Shown one piece after another: positions 1 to 12,504 of a DNA stretch of 64,000 nucleotides; the first letter of the stretch is position 1; the number at the start of each line of letters is the position of its first letter. The notes beneath the pieces were generated by a model. That model was not told the origin of the DNA. It ran no database searches and saw nothing but the letters and a program-made list of their open reading frames with translations. A program made the translations under genes and the position numbers. Source of the DNA: Octopus sinensis (Eukaryota); contig NC_043000.1 in NCBI RefSeq assembly GCF_006345805.1, positions 15,624,001 through 15,688,000 of the forward strand. The letters are read 5' to 3'.

Positions 1-419
1 TGTTCGATCAGGGTTGACTTGCATTTCTAGTTTATAGGAAGTATTTCCAAGCGTTGGGGTTAAATAATCCGTGGAAGCTATTTCATTTGAGTTCTTGATT
101 TCGTTTTCGTTCTTCATGTGAAATCGTGTGTTAAAATAGATTTGTTTTTTTATTTTGGTAGGGTCACTATGCCAACAAGAAACACACACTGGTTCTGTTT
201 CACTTCTATTATTATTATTATTATGTGCCCTTCATCCTTTGCACTGGAGCCAATGTAATCGACTAATTTCAGGCCTTTGTACCAATAGTAAAAAGGATTA
301 TTGTTGTTGTTTTTATTTAACCAATCGATTGTTTGATAATAAATAGTTTGGTGAATGTGGTTCGTCAGTCCTTATCGGTGGCATCCCCTCTTCACTTTAA
401 GTCCGTCTCCTAGTTTCTT

Positions 420-955
420 GTTTTCGTGAAAAGACCAGGCCGGACAAGTGAGTCCAGCCCACTTATGCATGCCTTTCCTCCCTTGGACACACAAAGACCT
501 GTTGAGGCAAGCGAAGTCGATATCGAACCTCATCCGACGACAGGCACCTATGCCTGCGAAGACCTGTTGGGGCAAGTGAAATTGGAATCGAAATTGAACC
601 AATCCTATGACTGGCAGATGCCAGGACCCCTGGACTGGAGATACGTAAAAAGCACCATCCGAATCGTAGCCGAAGCCAGTGCCGCCTCGACTGGCTTCCG
701 TGTCGGTGGCACGTAAAATGCACCAATCCGACCGTGGCCGATGCCAGCCTCGCCTGGCACCAGTGCAGGTGGCACGTAAAAAGCACCCACTACACTCACG
801 GAGTGGTTGGCGTTAGGAAGGGCATCCAGCTGTAGAAACATTGCCAGATAAGACCGGAGCCTGGTGCAGCCTTCTGGCTTCCCAGATCCCCGGTCGAACC
901 GTCCAACCCATGCTAGCTTGGAGAACGGACGTTAAACGATGATGATGATGATGAT
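420..955 (+). mobile_element. RTE-clade LINE 3' end (family A): ORF2 stop, modular 3' UTR, (GAT)n tail
   Basis: Ends ggttggcgttaggaagggcatccagctgtag...ccatgctagc...gttaaacgatgatgat. The same sequence runs into RTE ORF2 in the copies at 34.4 and 37.6 kb. Confidence 0.8.
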
Positions 956-1002
956 ATTGCTAAACAAAAGAAATTATGCTCTAGTCCAGGTTATGGTGTA
1001 CA

Positions 1003-2090
1003 GTTCAGATTTCACTGTAAATACAAGGATGTTTATTATGAATCTACTGCACTCAGTATTTTTAAAATGCCTTGCATTCTACAGTTCAAATTTTCTGGTG
1101 GCTACAAGGATATATATTATATACATCCTCTGCACTGGGTATTAAAATACCTTGATTCAGATTTCATTTTGGCTGCAAGAATATTTATAATATATCAACC
1201 AACTAAGGGATATCTATCCAATATACTGCTGGTAGAATACCCAATTATTAATACACAAATGTTTTTTATTGCATTGCAGTTTTTTTATATGTAAAGCATA
1301 ATATGTTATACATGTATGTACATTCTTGTAATTGTCATTTTTATAAATATATAAATAAATTGATATAATATAATGTCTAAAAGTTGATGAACCACCTATT
1401 GATCCCCTCCATTTTCTTATTGCTCTCTCTCTCTCTCTCTCTCTCACTATATATATATATATATAAGAGAACCATACGTGTGAGATTGGGGCCAGAGCAA
1501 CAAGCTGGCCTCCATTCCGATGGTGTGTAAAAAAAGTACCATTTGAGCATAATCGTTACCTGTGTCACCTTACTAGCATTTGTGCAGTGACACATGAAAA
1601 AACATTTGAGCGAGGTCATTGCCAGTGTGCTGGACTGGCTACTGTGCAGGTGGCACATAAAAAGCACCATTTGAGCGTGGCCGTTGCCAGTACTGCCTGA
1701 CTGGCCCTCATGCTGGTGGCATGTAAAAGCACCCACTACACTCTCGGAGTGGTTGGCGTTAGGAAGGGCATCCAGCTGTAGAAACTCTGCCGGATCAGAT
1801 TGGAGTCTGGTGCAGCCATCTGGTTCGCCAGTCTTCAGTTAAATCGTCCAACCCATGCTAGCATGGGAAGCGGACGTTAAACGACGACGATGATGATGAT
1901 GATATATATATATAAATATATATATATATACTGCACTGGGTATTGAAATACCAGTTGTATGGTTCAGATTTCATTGTGGCTACAAGGATATTTATTATAT
2001 ATCTTCTGCACAGGTATTGAAATACCTTGTTAAATTGTGTGGTTCAAGATTTACAGGTGTATTTATTATCTGTCTGCTACATCAGGTATT
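1003..2090. repeat. Degenerate ~70-80 bp tandem repeat split by later insertions
   Basis: Unit gttcagatttcattgtggctacaaggatatttattatatatc..ctgcactgggtattgaaatacc seen at about 1003, 1084, 1155, 1931 (partial), 1962 and 2042. Confidence 0.6.
1490..1903 (+). mobile_element. Family A RTE 3' UTR copy
   Basis: Subrepeats with ggtggcac..aaaagcacc, conserved 3' end, (GAC/GAT)n tail. Confidence 0.8.
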
Positions 2091-2893
2091 ACTTGCAACC
2101 TGCTGAATTACAACCTTTGTTACAGCAGTAATATTCACTGTGCACTAAATCTGGCTTTGATCTTGAATTAGATCAGTTTACCTTACTCCACTCATACCTG
2201 GGGAAAAAATACGAATGGCTATTACAACTTCCCATTTTGCAGATAATTTTAGGTTTATGGTTTCGTGTGTGTTTGTGGAAGTCAGTGTAATATATTTTTT
2301 AGCTGGTGGCACACTTAATACAATGTGTGTCTGTGCATGTACGCATGTGTGTACACACACACACACATTGTACATAATGACTGATACAAACACACCCTCG
2401 TATTGAAAATTTAACAACCTGTACAAGTCTTTGAATTAATGGACTCATCTTCTGGTTTGCCATTGAAGATTGCTGTGAATGAAAAACTCTGGTGAACACA
2501 CGCATTTATGGTTTCTTTTTAGTGAAAATGGAGAAAGTATGTTATTTTTATAACTACCTAGATTAAGAGATTTGAAATCTAAGAGAGTAGGGGCAGTGCG
2601 ACGGGTTTTTAATATCGACTTTTCCAATTTAGTAACAGAGATTTTATGGCTAAGGTGAAAGTTTTGTAAGCATGTAATATCTGGAATGAAAGAACCGAGA
2701 GAGTGCTTAGCAATAGTAATAACAATAGAAGTAAGGCTATTGAACAGATTTTCTTTGAGTTGGTATAGAGGCCCTGCAAGTTCATAGAAACAGTGGCTGC
2801 TATTGTAGTGAGAGAAAACTTAATAAGAAGCACGCTTTTGTGGTTGACCTGCAATTGTACGATGTTAGTGATTGTATTTCTTTCCTCGTATAT

Positions 2894-3080
2894 GTGCTGG
2901 TGGCACGTAAAAGCACCCACTACACTATCAGAGTGGTTGGCGTTAGGAAGGGCATCCAGCTGTAGAAACTCTGCCAGATTAAGATTAGAGCCTGGTGCAG
3001 CCATCTGGTTCGCCAGTCCTCAGTCAAAATCATCCAACCCATGCTAGCATGGAAAACGGATGTTAAACGATGATGATGAT
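2894..3080 (+). mobile_element. Family A RTE 3' end (short)
   Basis: Conserved 3' end and (GAT)n tail. Confidence 0.8.
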
Positions 3081-3087
3081 GTGTAGA

Positions 3088-3293
3088 CAGTAATCCCTCG
3101 ACTATCATAGGCGTTACGTTCCAGAACCCTCCGCGATAGGTGAAAATCCACGAAGTAGAAACAGTACTGTACTGTATATAGTTTTTTAAAAATTATTTTT
3201 ATAATTTGTATACGTTTATTTTATTGAAAACAACTCCACGGAGGAATTGATGTAAGATTAAATAATAAATTGTGATAGAGCGAGGGATTACTT
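3088..3293. mobile_element. pogo/Tigger-like MITE
   Basis: TIRs cagtaatccctcg (3088-3100) and cgagggattactt (3281-3293), 12/13 match, around an AT-rich interior. Confidence 0.7.
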
Positions 3294-3923
3294 TATATAT
3301 ACACATATATTCATATGAACCTGTATAATGGATATTTGTGTGAGACAAAATGTAAACTGTTGGAGTTTCAGGGCGCTATGAAGTCTGTTGTTTAGCTCTG
3401 GTTTTCAGATGTTAGGTTGATGAAAGACAATTGTCTCCACAGATAGATCACAATTTATTGCAAGAACATTCCCAGAAACTCTAGAATTTCCACATTTAAG
3501 TTCTCTGCTCAATACACATTGAAATATCTCAAGTGGACTTAGGCTCAGGATTTTAAGAAATTCATCGTTTGATTTTTGTGTGTGCATTCGCACAAGCTGA
3601 GAGGGACAAGAGATTGTTAAGTGCTTACTTAGCATTAACTAAATGATTCTTGACAGCTATTTTAGAGAGTCCTCATTATAATAGTACCATCTGCTCTGAA
3701 TCTTGGACCCATATGTTAACAAAATAACTGTTGCATAGCCCCCGTTAGCCCTACATAGACATCTGAGTATACTTTGAAATCCATTACACTGAGTATTCTA
3801 TGTTGTTGCTTGAACTTCTGGTAATACATGGCTGCCACATCCAACCCCTACCCCAAACCACCTTCCCTCTTATCAGCTTCAGAAGGAATCAGCTTTATTA
3901 CAAAAAATCAATTCTTAAACAAC

Positions 3924-4205
3924 ATCATCATCGTTTAACATCCACTTTCCATGCTAGCATGGGTTGGACAATTTAACTGAGGACTGGCAAACCAGATGGC
4001 TGCACCAGACTCCAGTCTGATCTGGCAGAGTTTCTACAGCTGGATGCCCTTCCTAATGCCAACCACTCCAAGAGTGCAATGGGTGCTCTTATGTGCCACC
4101 GGCACGAGGACCAGTCAGGCAGTACTGGCAGTGGTCATGCTCACATGGTGCTTTTTATGTGCCACCTGCACATGGACCAGTCCAGCGGCACTGGCAACGA
4201 CCTTG
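3924..4205 (-). mobile_element. Family A RTE 3' end
   Basis: catcatcatcgtttaac... is the reverse complement of the family A end. Confidence 0.8.
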
Positions 4206-4478
4206 TTCGAATATCTTTTAGGCTGATATTTAGAGAATGGGGTTAGCGAAATATATCGACCCTAGAACTAGACTAGTACTTTATTAAATCTGGAACCCAA
4301 GGAAACTGCTGGTGGCCTGCTTCAGCTCCAACATTCCTGGGAAGAAGACAACACATTCATGTTTTGAACATTGGTTGAATCTTAGGATTACAGGTTTGCA
4401 CTACCTACTGTTGATTATGTTTCTGTGATTAAAGAACCAATAATTAAAAAAAAATTGAATGAAGTATTTCTTCATATG

Positions 4479-4740
4479 TAGAGGCGCGTGGCTTATTGGT
4501 TGGGGTGTCAGCACCATGATCGTAAGATTGTGGTTTTGATTTCTGGACCAGGCGCACGTCGTGTTCTTGAGCAAAACACTTCGTTTCACGTTGCTCCAGT
4601 TCACTCAGCTGGCAAAAATGAGTAACGCTGCGATGGACTAGTGTCCTGTCCAGCTAGGGAACACATACGCCATAGAAACTGGGAAACCAGGCCCATGAGC
4701 CTGGCTAGGCTTTAAAAAGGGCTCATAAAATAATAAAATA
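4479..4740 (+). mobile_element. tRNA-headed SINE with V-SINE-like central domain
   Basis: Head gaggcgcgtggct..tggtt. Contains gcgatggactagtgtcctgtccag, which resembles the V-domain as I recall it. 13-bp TSD atttcttcatatg (4466-4478, 4741-4753). Confidence 0.7.
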
Positions 4741-4952
4741 ATTTCTTCATATGATCTCATCTCCACCACCAATGCCATGGGCCAATGACTAGAGCAATAG
4801 TGTTGAAATTAGTTGTTGTACTCATTCAGTTATGCATTTCTCAGAATGAAATGATTGTTAGGGACATTGCAGATATAATTTCTTGGCTCACACTGTGTAG
4901 CGGATATGGAAGAAAATTGTTGACAGGAGAAACAACTATTTAGGTATTTCTT

Positions 4953-5360
4953 ATTTCTTTATTGCACACAAGGGGCTAAACATAGACGGGACAAACAAGG
5001 ACAGACAAACGGATTAAGTCGATTATATTGACCCCAGTGTGTAACTGGTACTTATTTAATCAACCCCGAAAGGATGAAAGGCAAAGTCAACCTCGGCAGA
5101 ATTTGAACTCAGAACATAACTGCAGAAGAAATACCTATTTCTTTACTACCCACAAGGGGCTAAACACAGAGTGGACAAATAAGGACAGACAAACGGATTA
5201 AGTCGATTATATCGACCCCAGTGCATAACTGGTACTTAATTAATCGACCCCGAAAGGATGAAAGGCAAAGTCGACCTCGGCGGAATTTGAACTCAGACGA
5301 AATACCCCTAAGCATTTTGCCCGGTGTGCTAACGTTTCTGCCAGCTTGTCGCCTTGTATT
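4953..5360 (-). mobile_element. SINE family C with tandem-duplicated body
   Basis: Two body units (..gtcgactttgcctttcatcctttcggggtcg.. on the - strand). 16-bp TSD tatttaggtatttctt (4937-4952, 5361-5376). Confidence 0.85.
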
Positions 5361-5517
5361 TATTTAGGTATTTCTTTTGTGTTATACCCCATGATACAAT
5401 ACAAATGTGTTTTTCTTCAATAGCTTGTAGTCAGCTCAGCGTCAGCACCCATTTGGTACAGTGGTTTCTTATGAAGCAAAGGCAGTTGATTATTTCAAGT
5501 TGCAGGGAGTCTTTATT

Positions 5518-5854
<337 letters not shown>

Positions 5855-6694
5855 TAGCTGTTAAATAAAAAGGTACTAGATTATCTTGGCTATGTTAACT
5901 GCAATAGGCTAAAATCCTACCACAGGAGAGATTTACCTTTCATGTGCTTCACACTTGGAAGCTAGAGTTAAACACCAGCTCTTAGCTAAGCTTCAAAGAT
6001 GGAGGAGGTATTTCCATCTACAGGCTCAAGCCCCTCATGCTGTGGTGCTTGTGATTTAGAAATTGTGCCATGAGGCCCAATGAATTCTTCTGTTCCTCTA
6101 TCAAAACTTGAACATAGATATTCTCCATACCACCCACATTTCATAGTTAAATGACTGATAGGAGGAAGAAAGCAAACTCTATAAACGTTTCATATTTGTA
6201 ATCTAGTTAGGAAAAGTAAATATAAAATACACAACAAAAAATGTTCTAATGTATCACCATCACTCACTCAGCTCTCCTTTTTATCTTTAGAATACTTTCT
6301 CTAGATTATCTCCAATAAATTCTGTTATGGTTTCCTATGAACTTTGTTCTAAGAGTTTAAATCCATTTCCCCCATTTCTGGCATGCATTAAATGTTATTC
6401 AAAGTTTTGAATTTCTGCATTAGTAAATGTTAAACATTCTTTTTGCTGTTAATTGCTCTTTTTTGCACTAATTACATTACCATGAAATAGCAGTAACTAC
6501 TAACTTTCATGTGGAGATTTTTATTTTATTTATTTATTTTTTTCTATTTTAATGACTTAATCAAAAGTGGAAAGTCTGTGCTCATTATTACAGTTTATGC
6601 AAAGCCTCTGAGACTTTTGACAAAGAGAAGAAAGCATGACTCGTGGATTGCTCCAGCTGAAAACAGCACATTGAGGTATTGAGTGTTGGCATAG

Positions 6695-6922
6695 GGCGGT
6701 GAGCTGGCAGAAACGTTAGTATGCCGGGTGAAATGCTCAGCGGTATTTCGTCTGCCGCTAGGTTCTGAGTTCAAATTCCGCCAAGGTAACTTTGCCTTTC
6801 ATCCTTTCGGGGTCGATTAAATAAGTACCAGTTACGCACCGGGGTCGATAAAATCGACTTAATCCGTTTGTCTGTCCTTGTTTGTCCTCTCTGTGTTTAG
6901 CCCCTTGTGGGTAATAAAGAAT
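6695..6922 (+). mobile_element. SINE family C
   Basis: Head ggcggtgagctggcagaaacgttag..ttctgagttcaaattc. TSD aggtattgagtgttg on both sides. Confidence 0.85.
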
Positions 6923-7570
6923 TAGGTATTGAGTGTTGTCTGACTGGAGATGTGAGTCAACAATGTGAGCTTTGATAAAGATGTCAAAGAGCCATGTTAT
7001 AGTGTTCAACAAAGCAAAGGGTTAAATCTACCATCCAGGAAAAGTTATTCATCCAACAGGTTTCTGTATTGTTTCCATCAACCTACATTCACAAGGCTTG
7101 GTTTGATCTGAGACTTTGGTAGAAAAAACACTAGAATCAAAACCAGAACTATGTGATTAGAAAATGAAATTTTTGACATCATGTTTATTACTTAAGGACA
7201 CCACATAAATCCATTTAGCCAAGAGTCCAACAGTTTAAGCACTTCGTTATTGAATGCAACATAATCTAGTTAGCCAGGAGTTTGATACTTTAGCCACTTA
7301 GCTGCTTTGCCATTGTGCTCTTATTGTTCTGAACTCCGTCACGAAAATGCAGAATTCATGAAACTAATGGCTTAAGTAGAACTTAGCTTAAACTATCATC
7401 ATTGTTTTTAATGTCCTCTGTGCCTCAAGAGTAAGTTTGAGAGAGCTGGAGACTAGCAGATGTGTACAGGAAATTTCTCTTTTAAATCTGAAGCCACTAA
7501 CTTCAGTTTCCTGTCTCAGTGTAACCATATGTACTGAATATTAGCTTCAAATTATTTCTTTTATGATGAT

Positions 7571-7791
7571 TACTCTCTTACTCTTTTACTTATTTCAGTC
7601 AGTTGACTGTGGCCATGCTGGAGCACCACCTTTTAGTCGAGTAAATCAACCCCAGGACTTATTCTTTGTAAGCCTAGTACTTATTCTATCGGTCTCTTTT
7701 GCCGAACCGCTAAGTTACGGGGACGTAAACAGACCAGCATCGGTTATCAAGCGATGTTGGGGGAGGGGAACAAACACAGACACGTAAACAT

Positions 7792-7849
<58 letters not shown>

Positions 7850-8006
7850 GACGGGCTTCTTTCAGTTTTCGTCTACCAAATCCACTCACAAGGCTTTGGT
7901 CGGCCCAAGGCTATAGTAGAAGACACTTGCCCAAGGTGCCACACAGTGGGACTGAACCCGGAACCATGTGGTTCGCAAGCAAGCTACTTACCACACAGCC
8001 ACTCCT
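7571..8006 (-). mobile_element. SINE family B, full length
   Basis: On - strand: tRNA-like head ggagtggctgtgtggt..ggttcagtccc, then ccttgggcaag, internal (AT)n/(AC)n, A-rich tail. Confidence 0.85.
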
Positions 8007-8226
8007 ATTATGATAGGTTTTTTTAAAAAAAAATTTATAAAGGATGAAAACTGTTTGAAACTTTGTTTCTTTTCTTTGTTTAGGTGAATGAATGTCTTCC
8101 TATCTACATCCTTTCCCTAACAGACAACATTGTCCATCAACTCACATTTCTCATATCAAATGATCTGTCTCCATCCATAAATTCAGAATGCTACATGAGT
8201 AAAGACACCTTTCAGAGTAAACAAAC

Positions 8227-8270
<44 letters not shown>

Positions 8271-8373
8271 AAACAGAGATCTTCTACACTGGACACCTTT
8301 TATGGAATTTCTACCTACTCTTTTTCTGAGCATAGCCATTTCCCTTATAATAGCACAATCCTAGCTTCTTTTC

Positions 8374-8935
8374 AGGGCGGTGAGCTGGTAGAATCATTAG
8401 CATGCCGGGCGAAATGCTTAGCAGTATTTTGTCTGCCGTTATGTTCTGAGTTCAAATTCCTCCCAGGTCAACTTCGCCTTTCATCCTTTCGGGGTCGATA
8501 AATTAAGTACCAGTTATGCACTGAGGTCGATATAATCGACTTAATCCATTTGTCTGTCCTTGTTTGTCCTCTCTGTGTTTAGCCCCTTGTGGGTAGTAAA
8601 GAAATAGGTATTTTGTCTGCCGTTACGTACTGAGTTCAAATTCTGCTTAGGTTAACTTTGCCTTTCATCCTTTTCGGGGTCGATAAATTAAGTACCAGTT
8701 ACGCACTGGGGTCGATGTAATCGACTTAATCCCTTTGTCCTTGTTTGTCCCCTTTATGTTTAGCCCTTTGTGGGCAATAAAGAAATAAGAAACATGTGAT
8801 CACTATGAGCATCATACATATACCCAGCAATGCAGTTTTTTATAACAGTGATCTCTATTTGTTATATGTCTCATACCTTTGTCTGTCCTTGTTTGTCCCC
8901 TCTATGTTTAGCCCCTTGTGGGTATTAAAGAAATA
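8374..8935 (+). mobile_element. Composite SINE C insertion (head, two bodies, ~90-bp foreign segment, extra tail)
   Basis: Whole block flanked by 19-bp TSD acaatcctagcttcttttc (8355-8373, 8936-8954). Confidence 0.85.
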
Positions 8936-9074
8936 ACAATCCTAGCTTCTTTTCTGCTTACGAAAACTTTCATGTATGCTAAGTTTAATTTAAAGCCTTT
9001 CAGTTCTATGTTTTTCTTTCATGTATAGAATTTCTCCAAATCTTCTATAGATTTTGCTATAAGGATTATGTGAA

Positions 9075-9235
9075 GTCCTCAAAGGCAGCAAATCTTAAAC
9101 CCCTCTGTTATGGCTTGGAGAACTATAATAAATATAAGTAATGGCTAAGAACCAAGTCCTGATGGACTCCTACTTGAATGCTAAGATCATTGCTGAGCTT
9201 GTTGCTGACTCTTAACCATTTTACTATAACCCCTT
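9075..9235 (-). pseudogene. Degenerate RTE reverse transcriptase fragment
   Basis: Translates as VRVSNKLSNDLSIQVGVHQDLVLS../IIVLQAITEGFK, matching the RTE RT motif VGVHQGSVLSPLLF..; frameshifted. Confidence 0.7.
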
Positions 9236-9532
9236 CAATAAATATATATGTGTGTGTGTGTTTGTGTGTATGTAAATTTACATACCACACACTCACATAT
9301 GCGTGCATGCAGACATGAGTGTGTTTGTGTGTGTGTGTTTGTCACTGTGTGTCTTCGCATTGACATGGTTTTTGGCACCAGTGATGTTAGTTTATGTCTT
9401 TCATAAATGATCTGGCATATGAAGACTATTTAAATAAACTGGCTTTAAAACAACTTAGGGTTGACATCAAGAAAGGCGTCTGACTAGAATGCTACCTCGA
9501 GAAATTTTATTCAACTCATGGAAAAAGTAGAC

Positions 9533-10125
9533 ATCATCATCATCATTTAACATCCACTTTCCATGCTAGCATGAGTTGGACAATTTGACTGAGGACTGGC
9601 GAAGCAGATGGCCGCACCAGACTCCAATCTTGATATAGCAGAGTTTCTACAGCTGGATGCCCTTCCTAACGCCAACCACTCTGAGAGCACGAGGGTCAGT
9701 CAGGTGGTACTGGCAACGGCAATGTTCAAATGGTGTTTTTTTTACGTGCCACCTGCACAGGAACCAGTCCAGTGGTACTGGCAGTGACATCGCTTGAATG
9801 TTTTTTCACATGCCACCAGCACAAGTGCCAGTAAGGCGACGCTGGTAACGATCACGCTCGAATGGTGCTTTTTACGTGCCACCAGCACGGAAGCCAGTTA
9901 GCCGCTCTGGTAACGATCACGCTCGAATGGTGCTTTTTACGTGCCACCAGCACGGAAGCCAGTTAGCCGCTCTGGTAACGATCACGCTCGAATGGTGCTT
10001 TTTACGTGCCACCAGCACGGAAGCCAGTTAGCCGCTCTGGTAACGATCACGCTCGGACGGTGCTCTTAGCGCTCCACTAGCACAGATGCCAGTCATCGAA
10101 TTTGATTTTGATTTCACTTGCCTCA
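9533..10125 (-). mobile_element. Family A RTE 3' UTR with expanded subrepeat
   Basis: (CAT)n start and family A end sequence; contains a 65-bp tandem expansion. Confidence 0.8.
9842..10056. repeat. 65-bp tandem repeat, 3 identical copies plus a partial
   Basis: ctggtaacgatcacgctcg starts at 9842, 9907, 9972 and 10037. Confidence 0.95.
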
Positions 10126-10968
10126 TAAAACAAAATAATGACTATAGATATACAGCACTGAATAACCTTAGAGATATTAAAATAAGATTGCATTGTTTCT
10201 ATTTTAGCTCTAACTACCTCAAGTTTACTTTTAATTATATTCACCTTGGTTAATAATTATTAAAGAATTGAAACATTTCTTTAGTCAATACTTATTGTTC
10301 ATCACCAAATGTCTGTATCCTATTTAGCTGAGTTTTTCCTTGACAGCAACATTTGATACTTTTAATTTCCTGTAGATATCATTTCAATTCAGAAATGAAT
10401 TATATGAACCTGTATTTTGTATTATTATTATTATTATTATTATTTTTTATATCAAGTGAGCCTATCTAATAATATTATGTTGCATTTCAAGGTGGAAAGC
10501 TAGGAGAAATGCTTAGCAACATTTTGTTCATCTTTACATTCTGAGTTCAAATTCTGCTGCAGTTGATTTTACCTATCTTTGGAGGGTTGATAAAATAAAT
10601 ACTAGTTGAGCACTGGATTTGATGTTATTGACTAACCCACATCCCTGAAATTGCTGGTTTTTCGCTAAAATTTGAAACCGATATTACGTTTCATTCCTTG
10701 CAATACTTGTTTGCTTCCATTGTTCAGTGATAATACAGCATTATCATGTTTTTGAAGACTAACTAAAGCTTGTCCTTTACTTAGCTTACAGTAGTAATAA
10801 ACTTTCAGCGAGCCAAGTTCATAACTTAGTTTTTCATCCTTGATTGAAGCCATTTGACTTCATAGATGTTACTGTAATTTTAGAGAAAAGCACGAGATTC
10901 ATACAATCTTAGTTAGTGTCCCCTATAAATCTGAAGACTCCTGTTTTAAGAAATCAATTCATCTTTAA

Positions 10969-11576
10969 CCCTTTTGTTACCGTATTTATTTTGAGATGCT
11001 CTGTGTTTCTTTCAATTATTTTAAACTAGCAGTATCGCCCGGCATTGCTCGGGTTTGTAAGGGAAATAACTATAAAGCATTTTTAGAGAGTTATAGCCAA
11101 AAAATAGCAAAAAATGCATTAAAAATGGAAAAAAAATTATGGTAAATTTTTTTAAAATCGTTGACTCATCAGACATTTTTAGAGAGTTACTTCCCTTATA
11201 TTTAAAAAAATATGCATTAAAATGGAAAAAAATGATGGTGAATTATTTTTAAAATCGTAGACTCATCGTAGACGCACGCTAATACCCAAAAAGGCTCGAT
11301 ATGAATCACGACTATAAGATACCCGGCTTTTGTTAAACTGCACTGCAAAATGTGGGAGTAGTTAGGAATCTAAATCGGAGTAGACAGACACACAACCTTT
11401 CTTTTATATATTTTAAATATAACAAAGAATTTAGTAAAATAACTTAGTTATCATTCAGCTAGTGTTAGGAACATAAATTACGACTAAGGTTTGGTGGAAG
11501 ATTCTAATTCAAAACTTATATAAAAACAAAACATTTGCACTCAGAGCCAGTTTCAGCTGGATTGGTAATGAAAGGG
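10969..11576. mobile_element. piggyBac-like MITE interrupted by a Helitron
   Basis: TTAA|CCCTTTTGTTACC ... GGTAATGAAAGGG|TTTAA (TIR 11/13). A partial inverted copy lies at 60266-60460. Confidence 0.7.
11026..11411 (-). mobile_element. Non-autonomous Helitron (copy 1)
   Basis: Reverse complement of the 57008-57404 element, with hairpin and CTAG terminus; the last few 5' bases are missing. Confidence 0.75.
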
Positions 11577-12504
11577 TTTAATGTGTTCATGTGAGTTTAG
11601 ATCTTTTTAACCTTTCACTGACATCTAGTAGTTATATTAACTCAGTTATAGCTACATCACTGACTGTTTCAGCATAGTAACAAAACTTATCTATTATCTA
11701 TACACTCTTTCCATATAGATTAAGTTTACTGTCTGCTCTTGCAGTAAGCTTTAAACACTTAAACTGTTGATGCACACCATTAGACTGCCAGAGATATCTG
11801 AATGTTTTTGTATTACTTAAAAAGCATTTCTCCTCCACCAGACTCAGGAAAACAGAAAAGACCCTGCTTCTATTAGGTTGAAAGTGTCTGCAGTTTATGT
11901 CACTTCAGATTTTGCCAGGTCTACTGAGAAATCTTTCAGTTTCAAGCAAAATGAAATGCAGTGAGTGTCAATGTGAGATGCAACCAGACGACTGTGAAAC
12001 CATACAGCATTGTATTGATCTTCTGTGTGCTCCACTACATTTTCAAAGAAATCTATTTCATTAAGCAAGATCAATCTATAATTGCCTAAAACTATTAAAA
12101 CAGAGAACAACCACTGTTGCTTGCTTTATTTTTAATATTTTCACCTTTGGTATTCCACACTACCAAAGTTGAATGGTTCTGCAAATTTACAGAATGTTTG
12201 AGCTGTAGGAGCAAAAGTTTTCCAGGAAACACCACAAAATATGGTATGCAGACATGTGTAGCTTGTTTAATATACAGGAACACCACTGAAGACAATGCAT
12301 TTGTATATTATATCAAAGGAGGAAAGGTATTGCTCATAATCTTTACTGTTCTGCTTACACTGATGAGATTGAAGCAGTTGATGTTTAGCTAGGACATTTG
12401 TGAATTAAGATTTGCAGGGAAAATGTGAACAAAGATGGAATTTAAGATGGGTTGCAGTTTTTGGAAGTATTTAGTGCTAAATCTAGAAGTAGAACTACAT
12501 TGAG

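Noticed and set aside
9842-10056. CRISPR-like repeat/spacer appearance of family A modules
   Set aside because: Eukaryotic context, no cas genes, the spacers here are identical, and the array is part of an RTE LINE 3' UTR.
11895-12500. ORFs 11895-12110, 12095-12295 and 12117-12392
   Set aside because: Short overlapping frames with no consistent splice structure; more likely a badly decayed LINE that I could not assign confidently.
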